Source of the DNA: Bacteroidales bacterium
GTDB lineage: Bacteria > Bacteroidota > Bacteroidia > Bacteroidales > UBA10428
Length of the DNA: 64,000 bases
Assembly (NCBI GenBank): GCA_016933335.1
Contig: JAFGBD010000018.1
Location: forward strand, 3-64,002
Direction: 5' to 3'
The notes beneath the pieces are model-generated. The model saw nothing but the letters and a program-made list of their open reading frames with translations. It had not been told where the DNA came from and did not search any database. Both the position numbers and the translations under genes were made by a program. This document shows, piece by piece, positions 1 to 10,153 of this stretch. Each line of letters starts with the position of its first letter. Positions within the stretch are counted from its first letter, which is position 1.

Positions 1-807
1 CTTCAAACCAGTCCGACTGAAGAGCTTCTGCTCAGTGTCTGTTTTGTGAATGAGAACAAGGGATGGGCCGCTGGAGAGAATGGTACAATACTCAGGACCA
101 CGGATGGCGGTATTAACTGGATCCTGTTGGCCAGACAATTCTTCGATCTGAATGCTGTTTATTTCATTGATGAAAATACGGGGTGGATTGTGGGTGATTT
201 TATCATTCTCAGGACAACAGATGGCGGTGATAACTGGATTGACCAGACCGGAGACCTGAACAGGTCTTTCTATACGGTCTGTTTTGTGGATGAAAACACA
301 GGATGGGCAGCAGGTGAGCGCGGAACCATCGTCAGGACAATTGATGGCGGAGAGACCTGGAATGTTGAGCCTGTCAGGACACTGAATGGTATACATTCTG
401 TTTGTTTTACCGGTTCAGGTACCGGTTGGGCAGTCGGAGAAAAGGGAACCATCCTTAAAACTGCCAATGGAGGTGCAACCTCTGTAGCGGACATTTACCA
501 TTCTGATCCTGGCATGCCGGATCGTGAAATCCTGTTCCGGAATTACCCCAATCCGTTTAATTCATCGACCACGATCCGGTTTGAAATACCCGAATCCGGA
601 TTCGTCACGTTGAAAATATATGATCTTCTTGGTAGAGAAACTGAAACCCTGGTAAACGGGCCAAGATCTGCAGGAATACATGTTTTTCAATGGAATGCCG
701 GGAATTATTCAGAGGGAATATATTTTTGCAGGTTAATAGTGATGATGGCTTCCCAAAGTCCGGGTGAACAAATTATTATGACAAAGAAGTTACTTTTAAA
801 TAAGTAA
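1..807 (+). CDS. Secreted BNR/Ycf48-like beta-propeller repeat protein with T9SS C-terminal sorting domain (5' partial)
   Basis: Frame 1 is open from base 1. The GTG at 46 sits inside a repeat (LSVCFVNENKGWAAGENGTIL), so the gene starts upstream of the window. There are about 5 repeats of the form VxFxDENTGWxxGxxGTIxRTxDGGxxW. The last ~85 aa (NYPNPFNSSTTIRFEIPESGFVTLKIYDLLGRE...) is a typical type-A T9SS CTD. Confidence 0.8.
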   Translation, partial: LQTSPTEELLLSVCFVNENKGWAAGENGTILRTTDGGINWILLARQFFDLNAVYFIDENTGWIVGDFIILRTTDGGDNWIDQTGDLNRSFYTVCFVDENTGWAAGERGTIVRTIDGGETWNVEPVRTLNGIHSVCFTGSGTGWAVGEKGTILKTANGGATSVADIYHSDPGMPDREILFRNYPNPFNSSTTIRFEIPESGFVTLKIYDLLGRETETLVNGPRSAGIHVFQWNAGNYSEGIYFCRLIVMMASQSPGEQIIMTKKLLLNK

Positions 808-818
808 AAAGGACGGGT

Positions 819-2330
819 ATGGTGACTTTTACTCGAAAAGAAATATTTTTTGCTGGTGCACTTTCTTTCTTGTTAATGATCTGGAGTTGTGAGAAAGAAA
901 AACCGGACGAGCCACTCCCTCCTGAAACAACCGGCACAGTAAGCGGTAATGTAATCAATGCAGCCGATGGTTCTGCTGTCGGATCAGCCAATATAACCGC
1001 TGATCCGGGTGGTTATTGCGTGTATACCGATAATACAGGTTCTTATATGTTAGCTGATCTGCCTGGAGGACAGTACTTTGTCATTGCTTCCAAGGAAGGC
1101 TTTTGCAATGATAGTGCAGATGTATCTGTTGTGGCAGGTCAGACAGTGACTGCAGATTTTTTGCTGACACCAGAATTCAACATTATAAAGTGGCAATTAA
1201 TTACAGATAAACCAGTATATTATTCTACTCCCGCTATTGATGATGAAGGGATAATATATGTTGGGACCGGCATTTATCTGTGGACAACCTCGGGCAGTCT
1301 GTATGCCGTCAAACCCGACGGGACCTTAAAATGGAGGTACGATCTCGATAACAATGCAACATCACCTGTAATCGGGGAAGATGGCACGATCTATATCATG
1401 GATCGTAAAAATGTGCTTTATGCTTTGGACCGGGGTGGAATACTTAAATGGAGATACAACGGGTGGGATAACGATGATTTTGCGGAAGTGGGTCAGAGAA
1501 CCGTCGCCATAGGTTATGACAATACACTGTATGTATTTGTGGGCCTTGATTTGTATGCTGTTAATCCTGATGGATCACGCAAATGGAAATTTGATCCCGG
1601 CAGGGGAGGAACTCCCTGCGGCGCTTCGCCGGTTGTTGGTAGTGACAGCACTATTTATGCAATATTGGGAGGGGAGGTATTATACGCTGTCAGGCCGGAT
1701 GGAACCTTAAAATGGGAGTTTTATCTCGAAAAGTACGACGAACATTCCTTTACTTCTCCAACACTGGATGAAAACGACGTCATATATTTCGGGACGGAAA
1801 ATGGTGAAGGAGGTTATGTTTACGCTGTATATCCGAACGGCATATTAAAGTGGCGGATTTTGGCAGGCAGCCTGCGACCGGTCCGGGCATCTCCGGTAAT
1901 AGGAATGGACGGAACCGTATATGTTGCGACCAAAGCATACAGCCATCGCCAGCCTGCTGAAGTTCTTGCCGTCAGTCCTGACGGTAAGATAAAATGGAGA
2001 TATACTGTTGAATCGATACACTTCACACCGGATGATGTTTATTCGACGCCGGCTGTTGGAGCTGACAGCCTGATTTATTTTGCAGCAGAAACAGGCTTTA
2101 TCTATGCACTTAATCCTGACGGAACCCTGAACTGGAAGCAGGATCTGGAATGTGGAATTAACTGGTCTTCACCAACACTCATTGATGACGGTACCATTTA
2201 TATCGGCGGTCTGAAAAATGACGGAGGATCTCTTTTTGCACTGCAATCCGGTAGTCCCGGCCTTGCCCGTTCTCCCTGGCCAACATTCCGGCAGAATAAC
2301 AAGAATACAGGCCGATATGATGAATTTTAA
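819..2330 (+). CDS. Lipoprotein with carboxypeptidase-regulatory-like domain and PQQ-like/BamB-like beta-propeller repeats
   Basis: Lipoprotein-type signal (LSFLLMIWSCEKE). The segment GTVSGNVINAADGSAVGSANI...GGQYFVIASKEGF is CarboxypepD_reg-like. Many repeats of the form DGT(L/I)KWR(Y/F)...SP(V/A)IG.DGTIY are typical of PQQ-like propellers. Confidence 0.75.
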   Translation: MVTFTRKEIFFAGALSFLLMIWSCEKEKPDEPLPPETTGTVSGNVINAADGSAVGSANITADPGGYCVYTDNTGSYMLADLPGGQYFVIASKEGFCNDSADVSVVAGQTVTADFLLTPEFNIIKWQLITDKPVYYSTPAIDDEGIIYVGTGIYLWTTSGSLYAVKPDGTLKWRYDLDNNATSPVIGEDGTIYIMDRKNVLYALDRGGILKWRYNGWDNDDFAEVGQRTVAIGYDNTLYVFVGLDLYAVNPDGSRKWKFDPGRGGTPCGASPVVGSDSTIYAILGGEVLYAVRPDGTLKWEFYLEKYDEHSFTSPTLDENDVIYFGTENGEGGYVYAVYPNGILKWRILAGSLRPVRASPVIGMDGTVYVATKAYSHRQPAEVLAVSPDGKIKWRYTVESIHFTPDDVYSTPAVGADSLIYFAAETGFIYALNPDGTLNWKQDLECGINWSSPTLIDDGTIYIGGLKNDGGSLFALQSGSPGLARSPWPTFRQNNKNTGRYDEF

Positions 2331-2408
2331 GCAAAGAGAGACACGCTGTTCTTTTACTTAAGGATTTATCCCGGTATTACAACCCCTCCGCCGCTATATG
2401 CAAATACT

Positions 2409-2474
2409 TCACCTTTTTTGTGTATTAGAAATACCTGCTATACTCAGTAATGTAAACAGAAGTATTGTTTTCAT
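2409..2474 (-). pseudogene. Orphan signal-peptide fragment (21 codons then stop)
   Basis: Minus-strand translation gives MKTILLFTLLSIAGISNTQKR*. It looks like the N-terminus of a secreted protein truncated by a stop, and it lies in an otherwise ORF-free 730 bp region. Confidence 0.3.
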
Positions 2475-2496
2475 GTTCTGAGTTTTTACAATTTTT

Positions 2497-2586
2497 TTAT
2501 TCCTTAATAAGCTTTGTATAAAGTATTCTTTCAGTATCCTTAATCTGAATAATATAAATCCCTTTCTGCCAGTTTATAATATTCAT
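2497..2586 (-). pseudogene. Remnant of a T9SS C-terminal sorting domain (last ~29 codons only)
   Basis: Minus-strand translation gives MNIINWQKGIYIIQIKDTERILYTKLIKE*. This matches the canonical end of T9SS CTDs (..GIYxxxI......TxKLIK). An in-frame stop lies 8 codons upstream of the ATG, so no gene body is attached. Confidence 0.4.
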
Positions 2587-3059
2587 GATTCTTTGTTTAA
2601 GGTTGTTGTTTTAAGGATATAATTTTTAATCTTGCTGTTATATTTAAAGGCGCATCTTTTTACCAAAAGTTGCCGTTATCACCCTTATATTGGTGTAATA
2701 TACACAAACAGGGATTACTGGCGTCACTTTTGTTAATTATTCCTTCATATTATCAATTTTAAAACCTGTTTGTACTTTCCGTTCTGTTAACCTTCCCTTT
2801 TTCAGCCAATTATCTACCCAATTTACTCAAAATAAGGTAAATATTACACAGATAAGAAGTGATCAGACCTTAAAGCTGTTGACTTAGTAACTTAGATCAG
2901 TACATTTAAATAGTTATCTCTGATATAACAATATATTCAGAAATAATATATACATTAGTAATTACAGAAATATCTCCGACAGGATAATTCAAAATTTCTA
3001 TAAACATTTTTTTACATAATGATTTCTGCCACTCAACAGTATTTTTAATATCTGGCACC

Positions 3060-3446
3060 ATGAAAGAAAATACAAAAAAAGAACCTGAAAATTCCGAAAA
3101 TAAAGGAATAAAGGATAAAGCAAAAGAACTGTTAGATAAAGCCGAGGATTTTCTGGATGAAAAAATGGAGGAGGCTAAAAAAAGCAAAGCTTTTGAATCT
3201 ATTTCCGAAGCACTGGATAAAGCAGAAGACTTTATTGAAGATAAAATAGAAGACATTAAACAAAGCGGGGCAAAGGAGAAACTGGAGACTTTTGCAGACA
3301 AGACAGAAGATAAAGCAAAAGATACATTATCCAGGTTGAAGGATCTCGGCAGAAAACTGGCAGACAAAACTGCAGATAAGCTGGAAGACATTGCAGAGAA
3401 CATCAAAAAGAAAACCGGAGAGGAAGAAAAGCCCGGAAATAGTTAA
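3060..3446 (+). CDS. Small K/E/D-rich helical repeat protein (YtxH/LEA-like general-stress type), function unknown
   Basis: 128 aa with a repeated 'KAEDF(L/I)(D/E)(E/D)K' and 'ADKT(E/A)DK' pattern and no TM segments. It is followed by hairpins at about 3470-3530. Confidence 0.55.
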   Translation: MKENTKKEPENSENKGIKDKAKELLDKAEDFLDEKMEEAKKSKAFESISEALDKAEDFIEDKIEDIKQSGAKEKLETFADKTEDKAKDTLSRLKDLGRKLADKTADKLEDIAENIKKKTGEEEKPGNS

Positions 3447-3577
3447 GTATTTGATTATCTGACCACCCGGAGAGAAGTAACTGCCTCTCCCCGGACTTTC
3501 AGAAAGTAATTTTACCCCTTGCAAAAAGGGCTGAATGCTGTAAATCTTTTCCGGATAATGCAACTCAGCCCTTAAGG

Positions 3578-3781
3578 TCAGTTCATAACTTCAAATGAAA
3601 TCTTGACATTGACCCTGAATTCGGTTATGTTATTATCCTTAACCACTGCGCTCATATCCTGCACATAGGCTGACCGGATACCTTTAACTGTTTTTGCTGC
3701 AGTTTTAACAGCAGCACGTGCAGCATCTTCCCAGCTTTTTTCTGATGATGCCATAATTTCAATAACTTTTAACAAAGCCAT
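3578..3781 (-). CDS. Dodecin family flavin-binding protein
   Basis: 67 aa, (A)LLKVIEIMASSEKSWEDAARAAVKTAAKTVKGIRSAYVQDMSAVV.DNNITEFRVNVKISFEV. Length and pattern are those of bacterial dodecins (vyKvielvGsS..SwedA...A...A.kTlrn...aev.e....v.dgki..yrv.lkvsF.l). Confidence 0.8.
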   Translation of the reverse strand: MALLKVIEIMASSEKSWEDAARAAVKTAAKTVKGIRSAYVQDMSAVVKDNNITEFRVNVKISFEVMN

Positions 3782-4132
3782 AATCTTATAAGTTTTAGGT
3801 TAATAATTAAAATGTTATAATAAACATTGTTAACAAAATTCCCGGCTATTCTGATCGTTTAACAGATTTTACTGAATCATCTGAAAATCAATAAAAATGT
3901 GCCTGAGATCCGATTGCTCATCACAAAATCTTTTACTATCAGGCTATTTATTATGTAAGTTAGAAAAGATATCTCAGAATTAAAAGTGAATTCCATTAAT
4001 GGCTGGAAAATTTTTTTTTGGGATTTTATAAAGCTGTTGAAGATGCAACAGGACATAATGTGCCTGTCTCATTTGGATATTGCGTTTCCATTTACATTAA
4101 CAATCTTGAACAGCTGATTCGAGATACCAGGA

Positions 4133-4501
4133 TCAGCAGGAGCACCATTTCATGGCATCGGTAATTTCATGAAAGATTCTAATTGTCCAACCAGAATCCT
4201 GCATCACTGTTGTGTAAATATCTGCTAATTTCAGTGCTGTTTTATTTGTTATAACCAGGGCTCCTTTGATGTTTTTGTTCCACATGCTTGCACTTTTGTC
4301 CAAAGTCCCGATCATTATTACATCTTTCTCGTTGACATTGAATTTTTTAACCTTGCTGAAATCAAAAATCTGAAATTTCATATTATCGAACCTTGAATCT
4401 CCAATGATGATGGTATTTGCTTTATCGATAACATTAAAATCAACTTCACTTTTGAATGTGACTATGACATTGCTATTAATCCATTTAAGATCAAAGTTCA
4501 T
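4133..4501 (-). CDS. Hypothetical protein, possibly STAS/SpoIIAA-like fold
   Basis: 122-aa ORF with no TM segment or signal peptide. The alternating beta/alpha pattern resembles STAS-like sensory domains. The assignment is weak. Confidence 0.4.
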   Translation of the reverse strand: MNFDLKWINSNVIVTFKSEVDFNVIDKANTIIIGDSRFDNMKFQIFDFSKVKKFNVNEKDVIMIGTLDKSASMWNKNIKGALVITNKTALKLADIYTTVMQDSGWTIRIFHEITDAMKWCSC

Positions 4502-4673
4502 TTGTCAGTTATAAATATAACAATATAAAGGTAATAAAAATCAATTAGTTAATATGTTTTGCAGATAACTTTTTTACTGCCCTCAAAGCTTTGCTGTCAA
4601 ATTATGATACCATTGGCATATATCTGTAAAGTTTTTTGTAACTTTTGAGTATAAATAAAAAATAATAAAGAAG

Positions 4674-5243
4674 ATGAAACACATAGGTAAGCGTCATATG
4701 CGTCATGCATCGGGATTGATTTTTGTCCTGTTTATGCTGTCTTTCCAGATCCACGCCCAGACAGATAAAAATGAGGTAAAGCTCCAAAATCTGAAAAATA
4801 AAATTTTCCTGGCCGAGTCAAATGTGGCGGCTGCCGAATTGAAGTTAGCAAGGGCCGATTCACTTGTTTATGATGGTGATTTACGCATTGATAAAGCGGA
4901 AGAGGAATTTACCCGGATCAGTGAAGAACAGAAGAAACTTGAAAAGGAATACAGGACAAATATCAGGGCTTTAAATAAACTGGCTAAGTCGAAAGATGCA
5001 GAAATTGCAGAAAAAGCAGAAGATGATTTAAAGGCCATGGAAACCAGGTATAAAGAAGATTCAAAATCACAGTCCGTAAAAATCAAAATGCTTACAAGAG
5101 AGGCAACAAAAGCTGAATCAGACATTAAAAAAGGCCTGGATATGAAAAAAGCAGCAACCACAAAATTAAAAGATGCCCGGAAAAAACTTGAAATAGCCAG
5201 AAAGAATCATGAAGATTTCGTAAAAACCTTAGACAGCGACTAA
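4674..5243 (+). CDS. Secreted coiled-coil protein, function unknown
   Basis: Signal peptide (ASGLIFVLFMLSFQIHAQ) followed by a K/E/A-rich heptad-like sequence through to the C-terminus. Confidence 0.55.
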   Translation: MKHIGKRHMRHASGLIFVLFMLSFQIHAQTDKNEVKLQNLKNKIFLAESNVAAAELKLARADSLVYDGDLRIDKAEEEFTRISEEQKKLEKEYRTNIRALNKLAKSKDAEIAEKAEDDLKAMETRYKEDSKSQSVKIKMLTREATKAESDIKKGLDMKKAATTKLKDARKKLEIARKNHEDFVKTLDSD

Positions 5244-5449
5244 AACAGCCTTGTTACAATACCGAAGAGATATTCGTTTCCTTAGTTAAGTCAGCAAATC
5301 AGATTGCATCATGGTTTTCATGAAGCATTTTGGTTATTGAAATGAAATGAATGATGTCAATCCCTTTGGTTTCTTCCTGCAGGTATGAATTAAATTGGTC
5401 AGCAGCCGGATAGGGTTATATCGATATTATAAAAATTAACTGAAGAAGA

Positions 5450-6826
5450 ATGGAAAAAGAAGAAATTCAAACCGCACTTGAAAACCAGCGCAAATTTTTT
5501 ACTGCCGGAAAAACTTTCGATACCGGTTTCAGGATTGAAACACTCAGGAAACTTCGCTCAATGATCATTCAGCATGAACCTGAAATCAGGGATGCATTAT
5601 GGAAGGATTTTCATAAGCCTGAATTTGAAGTATTGGCAACAGAATCAAGGTTCATTCTCAAGGAACTGAACCTTGTCATCCGTAAGCTTAAAAGATGGTC
5701 ACGGTCAAAAATGGTATGGACTCCTCTTGTTCACTTTCTTTCATACAGTTATATCCTGCCGCAGCCATATGGTCAGGTGCTTGTGCTGTCACCCTGGAAC
5801 TACCCCTTTCAGCTGGCATTCCTGCCTATGATCGGGGCCCTGGCTGCGGGCAATTGTGTTGTTATGAAGGCTTCGCAACAGGTCCCTCATATTACCTCTG
5901 TGATGGAAAAAATCATTGCCTGTCTTCCGAAAGAGCTGGTTCTTATGATAAACGGAGACCATTCTGTGAGCAGGTACCTTCTGGACTATAAATTTGATTA
6001 TATCTTTTTTACCGGCAGCAGCAAGATAGGTAAATATGTGATGCAGAAGGCTTCTGAAAACTTAATACCCCTTTCGCTTGAACTCGGCGGTAAAAATCCG
6101 TGTGTGGTTACTGCTGATGCCAGGCTCGATTATGCCGCCAGAAGAATAGCCTGGGGAAAATTTATGAATGCCGGTCAGACCTGTATCTGTACCGATTATT
6201 TGCTGGTGGACAATAAGGTGAAAGACAGGTTCATGGAACTGATCTCAAATGAAATCAAGTCATTTTACGGAGAAAAACCGGAGAAGAGCAACGATTATGC
6301 GAGAATTATTAACCCTGATAACCTGAAGAGAGTTACATCATTTTTAAAGACCGGCCACATCGTTACCGGCGGAGCAATTGATACGCATACATGCTTTTTG
6401 GCTCCGACCATCATAAGGGATGTTACTCCTGATGATCTGATCATGCAGGAAGAGATATTCGGGCCTGTATTACCGGTGATCGGATATGATGACTTTGATG
6501 AGGTTTACGGGATAATTGAACGGAATCCCAAGCCGCTTGCTGCCTATATCTTTACCAGTGATAAAAGAATGGCCAGGGAATTTCTGTGTAAAACTCAAAG
6601 TGGTTCAGCTGCTGTCAATGATACAGTGATCCAGATTGCTTCACCATATCTGCCTTACGGAGGTATTGGTAACAGTGGTATAGGCAGGTATCACGGGAAA
6701 AAATCATTTGAAACATTTTCAAATATGCGATCTGTTCTTGTGAAATCGAATCTGCTGGATGTCCCGCTAAGGTATCCGCCTTACAGTAAACTTAAGATAA
6801 AAACCATAAAGCTTCTGATGAGATAA
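5450..6826 (+). CDS. NAD(P)-dependent aldehyde dehydrogenase (class-3-like ALDH)
   Basis: Catalytic Glu motif LELGGKNP, catalytic Cys motif GQTCICTDY and EEIFGPVLPV. The 458-aa length is typical of the ALDH3 type. Confidence 0.9.
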   Translation: MEKEEIQTALENQRKFFTAGKTFDTGFRIETLRKLRSMIIQHEPEIRDALWKDFHKPEFEVLATESRFILKELNLVIRKLKRWSRSKMVWTPLVHFLSYSYILPQPYGQVLVLSPWNYPFQLAFLPMIGALAAGNCVVMKASQQVPHITSVMEKIIACLPKELVLMINGDHSVSRYLLDYKFDYIFFTGSSKIGKYVMQKASENLIPLSLELGGKNPCVVTADARLDYAARRIAWGKFMNAGQTCICTDYLLVDNKVKDRFMELISNEIKSFYGEKPEKSNDYARIINPDNLKRVTSFLKTGHIVTGGAIDTHTCFLAPTIIRDVTPDDLIMQEEIFGPVLPVIGYDDFDEVYGIIERNPKPLAAYIFTSDKRMAREFLCKTQSGSAAVNDTVIQIASPYLPYGGIGNSGIGRYHGKKSFETFSNMRSVLVKSNLLDVPLRYPPYSKLKIKTIKLLMR

Positions 6827-6865
6827 GTCTGGTACAGAAAACCGGTTGAATGAGCGATTTGAAAC

Positions 6866-8869
6866 CTATAGTTTTTTAACTGCAAGTACGGGCTGATCTT
6901 TCGTTATGGCATCACCGTTCTTAACAAGCTTTTTAACAACTTTGCATTTAAATGGTGCCTTAATCTCATTAAAAAGCTTCATGGCTTCAAGAACAAAAAT
7001 GGTATCTCCTTTATTCACAACTGATCCTTCTTCAACAAGCGGGGGTTTGTCTATTCCGGTTGCATGATAAAATGTACCTGCCATAACCGCATTGATGGTA
7101 TCTTCAGATTCCGCAATGGTATCTCCAACTTCTTTTTTTACCAATTTTTCAGTCAGTGTTTCAGCTTTTTCCTGATCCTTTTTATCCGTTAAATTATCAG
7201 TGGCTTTATCAGTATCGTTATTTAATGTTTCTGCAGGATCTTTCTGTTCAGAGACAGTGCTTTGAGATTCTTTGCCTGATGAACCATTACCTCCTGATTT
7301 AAGGGCGAGATTGAAATCACCCTTTTTAATGATCAGCTCATTCAATTGCATGTTGGAGGCTTTTTCCAGGAGTGTCTTCAATCCTTTGAAATCATCGGGA
7401 TGAAGTATGGGGTCTATCAACTGCGACTGGGCAGCTTCAACAAGGAGCTTTTTCTTTGTTTCGGATACAGGGGGAATTGCCTCCAATTCAATATCAGCAG
7501 GCGTTTTTGGTCGCTTATCCGCAGAAAGTGCCCGCCATTTAAAATATTCCATGGATACTTCAGGAAATATACAGTAGGACAGGATATCTTCTTCGTTGGT
7601 TATCAGGTCCGGTTCTGAAATGTTGTCAGTTGCATGCGGAAGCATGTCTTCAAGGTCATCGGCCGGACGATGCTCGATCGGTTTTTCATCCCCGAGGATT
7701 TTTTTCATAAACTTAGGGTCAATTGGTCCCGGTGGACGTCCATATAATCCTTTGATGTAGTTTTTTACCTCCAGAGGAATAACTTTATATCTTTTTCCTA
7801 CCATTACATTCATAACTGCCTGGGCACCAACAATCTGACTTGTTGGTGTTACCAGGGGCGGATATCCCAGGTCTTTTCTGACCCTGGTTACTTCTTCAAG
7901 CACATCAGGAAGTTTTTCCAGTGCGTCCTGTTGAATCAGTTGCGACCGGAAATTTGAGATCATACCCCCGGGAATCTGGTGAATCAGAATTTCGGTGTCA
8001 ACAACAGGTTCAAATCCTTTCCCTTTTGTTCTTTTGAGCGTGAGATCTGCAAAGTATTTATTTATTTTTCTCAGAGCATCCAGGTCAATGTCAAGTTTAA
8101 AACTGGTTTCTCTGAAAACCGCCTCCATGGTTTCAACCGGGGGTTGAGAGGAATAACCTGCCATGGCAGCAATGGCACAATCAAAGGCTTCAGCCCCTGC
8201 TTTCACACCTTCAAGGTATGCCGGAATAGCCATACCGCTTGTAGCATGACAGTGGATCTGAATAGGAATATCCACCTCTTTTTTCAGAGCTGATACCAGT
8301 TCCTTTGCTTTGACGGGAGACAACAGACCGGCCATATCTTTTATACAAATTGAATCAACACCGAGGGCGGCCTGTTCCCTGGCATAACCCACATATTTTT
8401 TTACCGTATGAACCGGACTGATGGTATATGAAAGAGTACCCTGTGCATGGGCTCCGCATTTTTTAACAGCCTTGATTGCAGCCATCAGATTCCTTGTATC
8501 ATTCAGGGCATCGAATATTCTGAAAATATCAATACCATTGGCATGAGCCGTTTCAACAAACCTGTCAACAAGATCGTCGGGATAGTTCCTGTAACCGACA
8601 ATATTTTGTCCTCTTATTAACATCTGTAGCGGAGTCTTTTTTGCCTTTGCTTTAAGCATTTTAAGCCTTTCCCATGGATCTTCCCGTAAGAATCTTAAAC
8701 AGACGTCAAAGGTGGCACCACCCCATACTTCAAGAGAATAATATCCTACAGAATCAATGGCATCAATTATCCCCATCATGTCATCCGTCCTCATCCGGGT
8801 CGCCCATAAAGATTGGTGACCGTCTCTCAATGTGGTATCTGTAATTCTGACTTTGTTATTTTTTTTCAT
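6866..8869 (-). CDS. Oxaloacetate decarboxylase alpha / pyruvate carboxylase subunit B-type carboxyltransferase (5S-like) with C-terminal biotinyl domain
   Basis: N-terminal TIM-barrel carboxyltransferase motifs (ITDTTLRDGHQSLWATRM, HCHATSG). C-terminal biotin attachment motif VLEAMKLFNEIKAP. An unusually long (~80 aa) S/T/D/K/E-rich linker precedes the biotinyl domain. Confidence 0.85.
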   Translation of the reverse strand: MKKNNKVRITDTTLRDGHQSLWATRMRTDDMMGIIDAIDSVGYYSLEVWGGATFDVCLRFLREDPWERLKMLKAKAKKTPLQMLIRGQNIVGYRNYPDDLVDRFVETAHANGIDIFRIFDALNDTRNLMAAIKAVKKCGAHAQGTLSYTISPVHTVKKYVGYAREQAALGVDSICIKDMAGLLSPVKAKELVSALKKEVDIPIQIHCHATSGMAIPAYLEGVKAGAEAFDCAIAAMAGYSSQPPVETMEAVFRETSFKLDIDLDALRKINKYFADLTLKRTKGKGFEPVVDTEILIHQIPGGMISNFRSQLIQQDALEKLPDVLEEVTRVRKDLGYPPLVTPTSQIVGAQAVMNVMVGKRYKVIPLEVKNYIKGLYGRPPGPIDPKFMKKILGDEKPIEHRPADDLEDMLPHATDNISEPDLITNEEDILSYCIFPEVSMEYFKWRALSADKRPKTPADIELEAIPPVSETKKKLLVEAAQSQLIDPILHPDDFKGLKTLLEKASNMQLNELIIKKGDFNLALKSGGNGSSGKESQSTVSEQKDPAETLNNDTDKATDNLTDKKDQEKAETLTEKLVKKEVGDTIAESEDTINAVMAGTFYHATGIDKPPLVEEGSVVNKGDTIFVLEAMKLFNEIKAPFKCKVVKKLVKNGDAITKDQPVLAVKKL

Positions 8870-9042
8870 CTGGTTGTTTTTCGGTTTTAATGGTCAGATA
8901 AAACTGCAGATAAAGAACAATCATTCTTGTTTATCTATAAATGACGATCTTTTTTTGCTTGTTTCATATGGTATTAAGGTAAAATCAAGATACAGGATTG
9001 ATCTGCATGTGCCAGGTTTATATCAAATTTTTCAGACTCTGA

Positions 9043-9990
9043 TTAATCAGTTACCGAAAATTTTCCTATGCCGGAATATTTTTCAAACCTGCTTTGGATC
9101 AGCTCTTCAGAAGTTAGTTGTTTTAAGGTTCTAATGTTTTTGATGATCGATTTCTTCAATGCATTTGCAGCAAGTTGATAGTGTGCATGGGCTCCTTCAC
9201 CGGGTTCCCTGATTATTTCATCAATTACATTAAGTTTATAAAGCGAATCAGCAGTGAGGTTCAGGGCTTCAGCAGCATTTGGAGCATACTTGGAATCCCT
9301 CCAAAGAATAGATGCACATCCTTCAGGTGAAATAACCGAATAGATGGAATTTGATAACATCAAAATTCTGTCTCCGACACCTATTCCAAGTGCTCCGCCG
9401 CTTCCCCCTTCTCCAATTACCACCGAAATAATTGGCACTTCAATCGATATCATCTCTGTTATATTCTTTGCAATAGCTTCAGCCTGACCTCTTTCCTCTG
9501 CTTCTACTCCCGGGAAAGCTCCGGGTGTGTCTATGAAGGTTATAACAGGCACATTGAACTTTTCTGCCAGTTTCATTAATCTCAGGGCTTTTCTGTAACC
9601 TTCGGGCTTTACCATTCCAAAATTCCTTTCAAGATTCTCATCGGTATTCTTACCTTTATTATGACCAATCAACATTATTTTGTAATCACCGATCTCTGCA
9701 AATCCCCCGATCAAGGCTTTATCATCTCCATAATACCTGTCTCCATGCAATTCAATAAAATTTTTGAAAATCATTGTGAGATAATCCTGCATTATGGGTC
9801 TTTGCGGGTGTCTGCTTAATTTTACAATTTCCCATGGAGATAAATTGTAATAGAGGGATTGCATCAGATCTCTCAGCTTCTTTTCATATTCAACAATCTC
9901 AGTATCCAGGACTTCAGTGTTGCCTGTGTTTAAATCTTTAAGCTCTTTTATCTTCCCTTTTATTTCGATGATTGATTTTTCTTTATCCAT
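9043..9990 (-). CDS. accA: Acetyl-CoA carboxylase carboxyltransferase subunit alpha
   Basis: 315 aa with RHPQRP, ITFIDTPGA.PG..AEERGQ.EAIA and GEGGSGGALG motifs. Confidence 0.9.
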   Translation of the reverse strand: MDKEKSIIEIKGKIKELKDLNTGNTEVLDTEIVEYEKKLRDLMQSLYYNLSPWEIVKLSRHPQRPIMQDYLTMIFKNFIELHGDRYYGDDKALIGGFAEIGDYKIMLIGHNKGKNTDENLERNFGMVKPEGYRKALRLMKLAEKFNVPVITFIDTPGAFPGVEAEERGQAEAIAKNITEMISIEVPIISVVIGEGGSGGALGIGVGDRILMLSNSIYSVISPEGCASILWRDSKYAPNAAEALNLTADSLYKLNVIDEIIREPGEGAHAHYQLAANALKKSIIKNIRTLKQLTSEELIQSRFEKYSGIGKFSVTD

Positions 9991-10153
9991 ACTTTCATAT
10001 GTTTAATTAGTACTTAGGGTAGCTTTTAAACAGTAATATCGATTTTCAGGAAATTTAATCTTTATTTAATATGACAAATACAATCGACGATTTACTTACA
10101 TCCTTAAAAGCATCAATGTTCATGGTATTTGATTTTGAGATAATTAGTGATAA

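Noticed and set aside
2906-3406. 166-aa Ser/Leu/Phe-rich minus-strand ORF
   Set aside because: It is the antisense shadow of the K/E/D-rich plus-strand gene at 3060-3446. Its low-complexity composition mirrors the codon bias of that gene, and it extends into AT-rich non-coding DNA.
3060-5243. Cluster of four small proteins (K/E-rich helical protein, dodecin, STAS-like protein, secreted coiled-coil protein) as a possible stress module
   Set aside because: The genes are on alternating strands with long gaps, so co-regulation is not supported. Only the dodecin has a confident family assignment.
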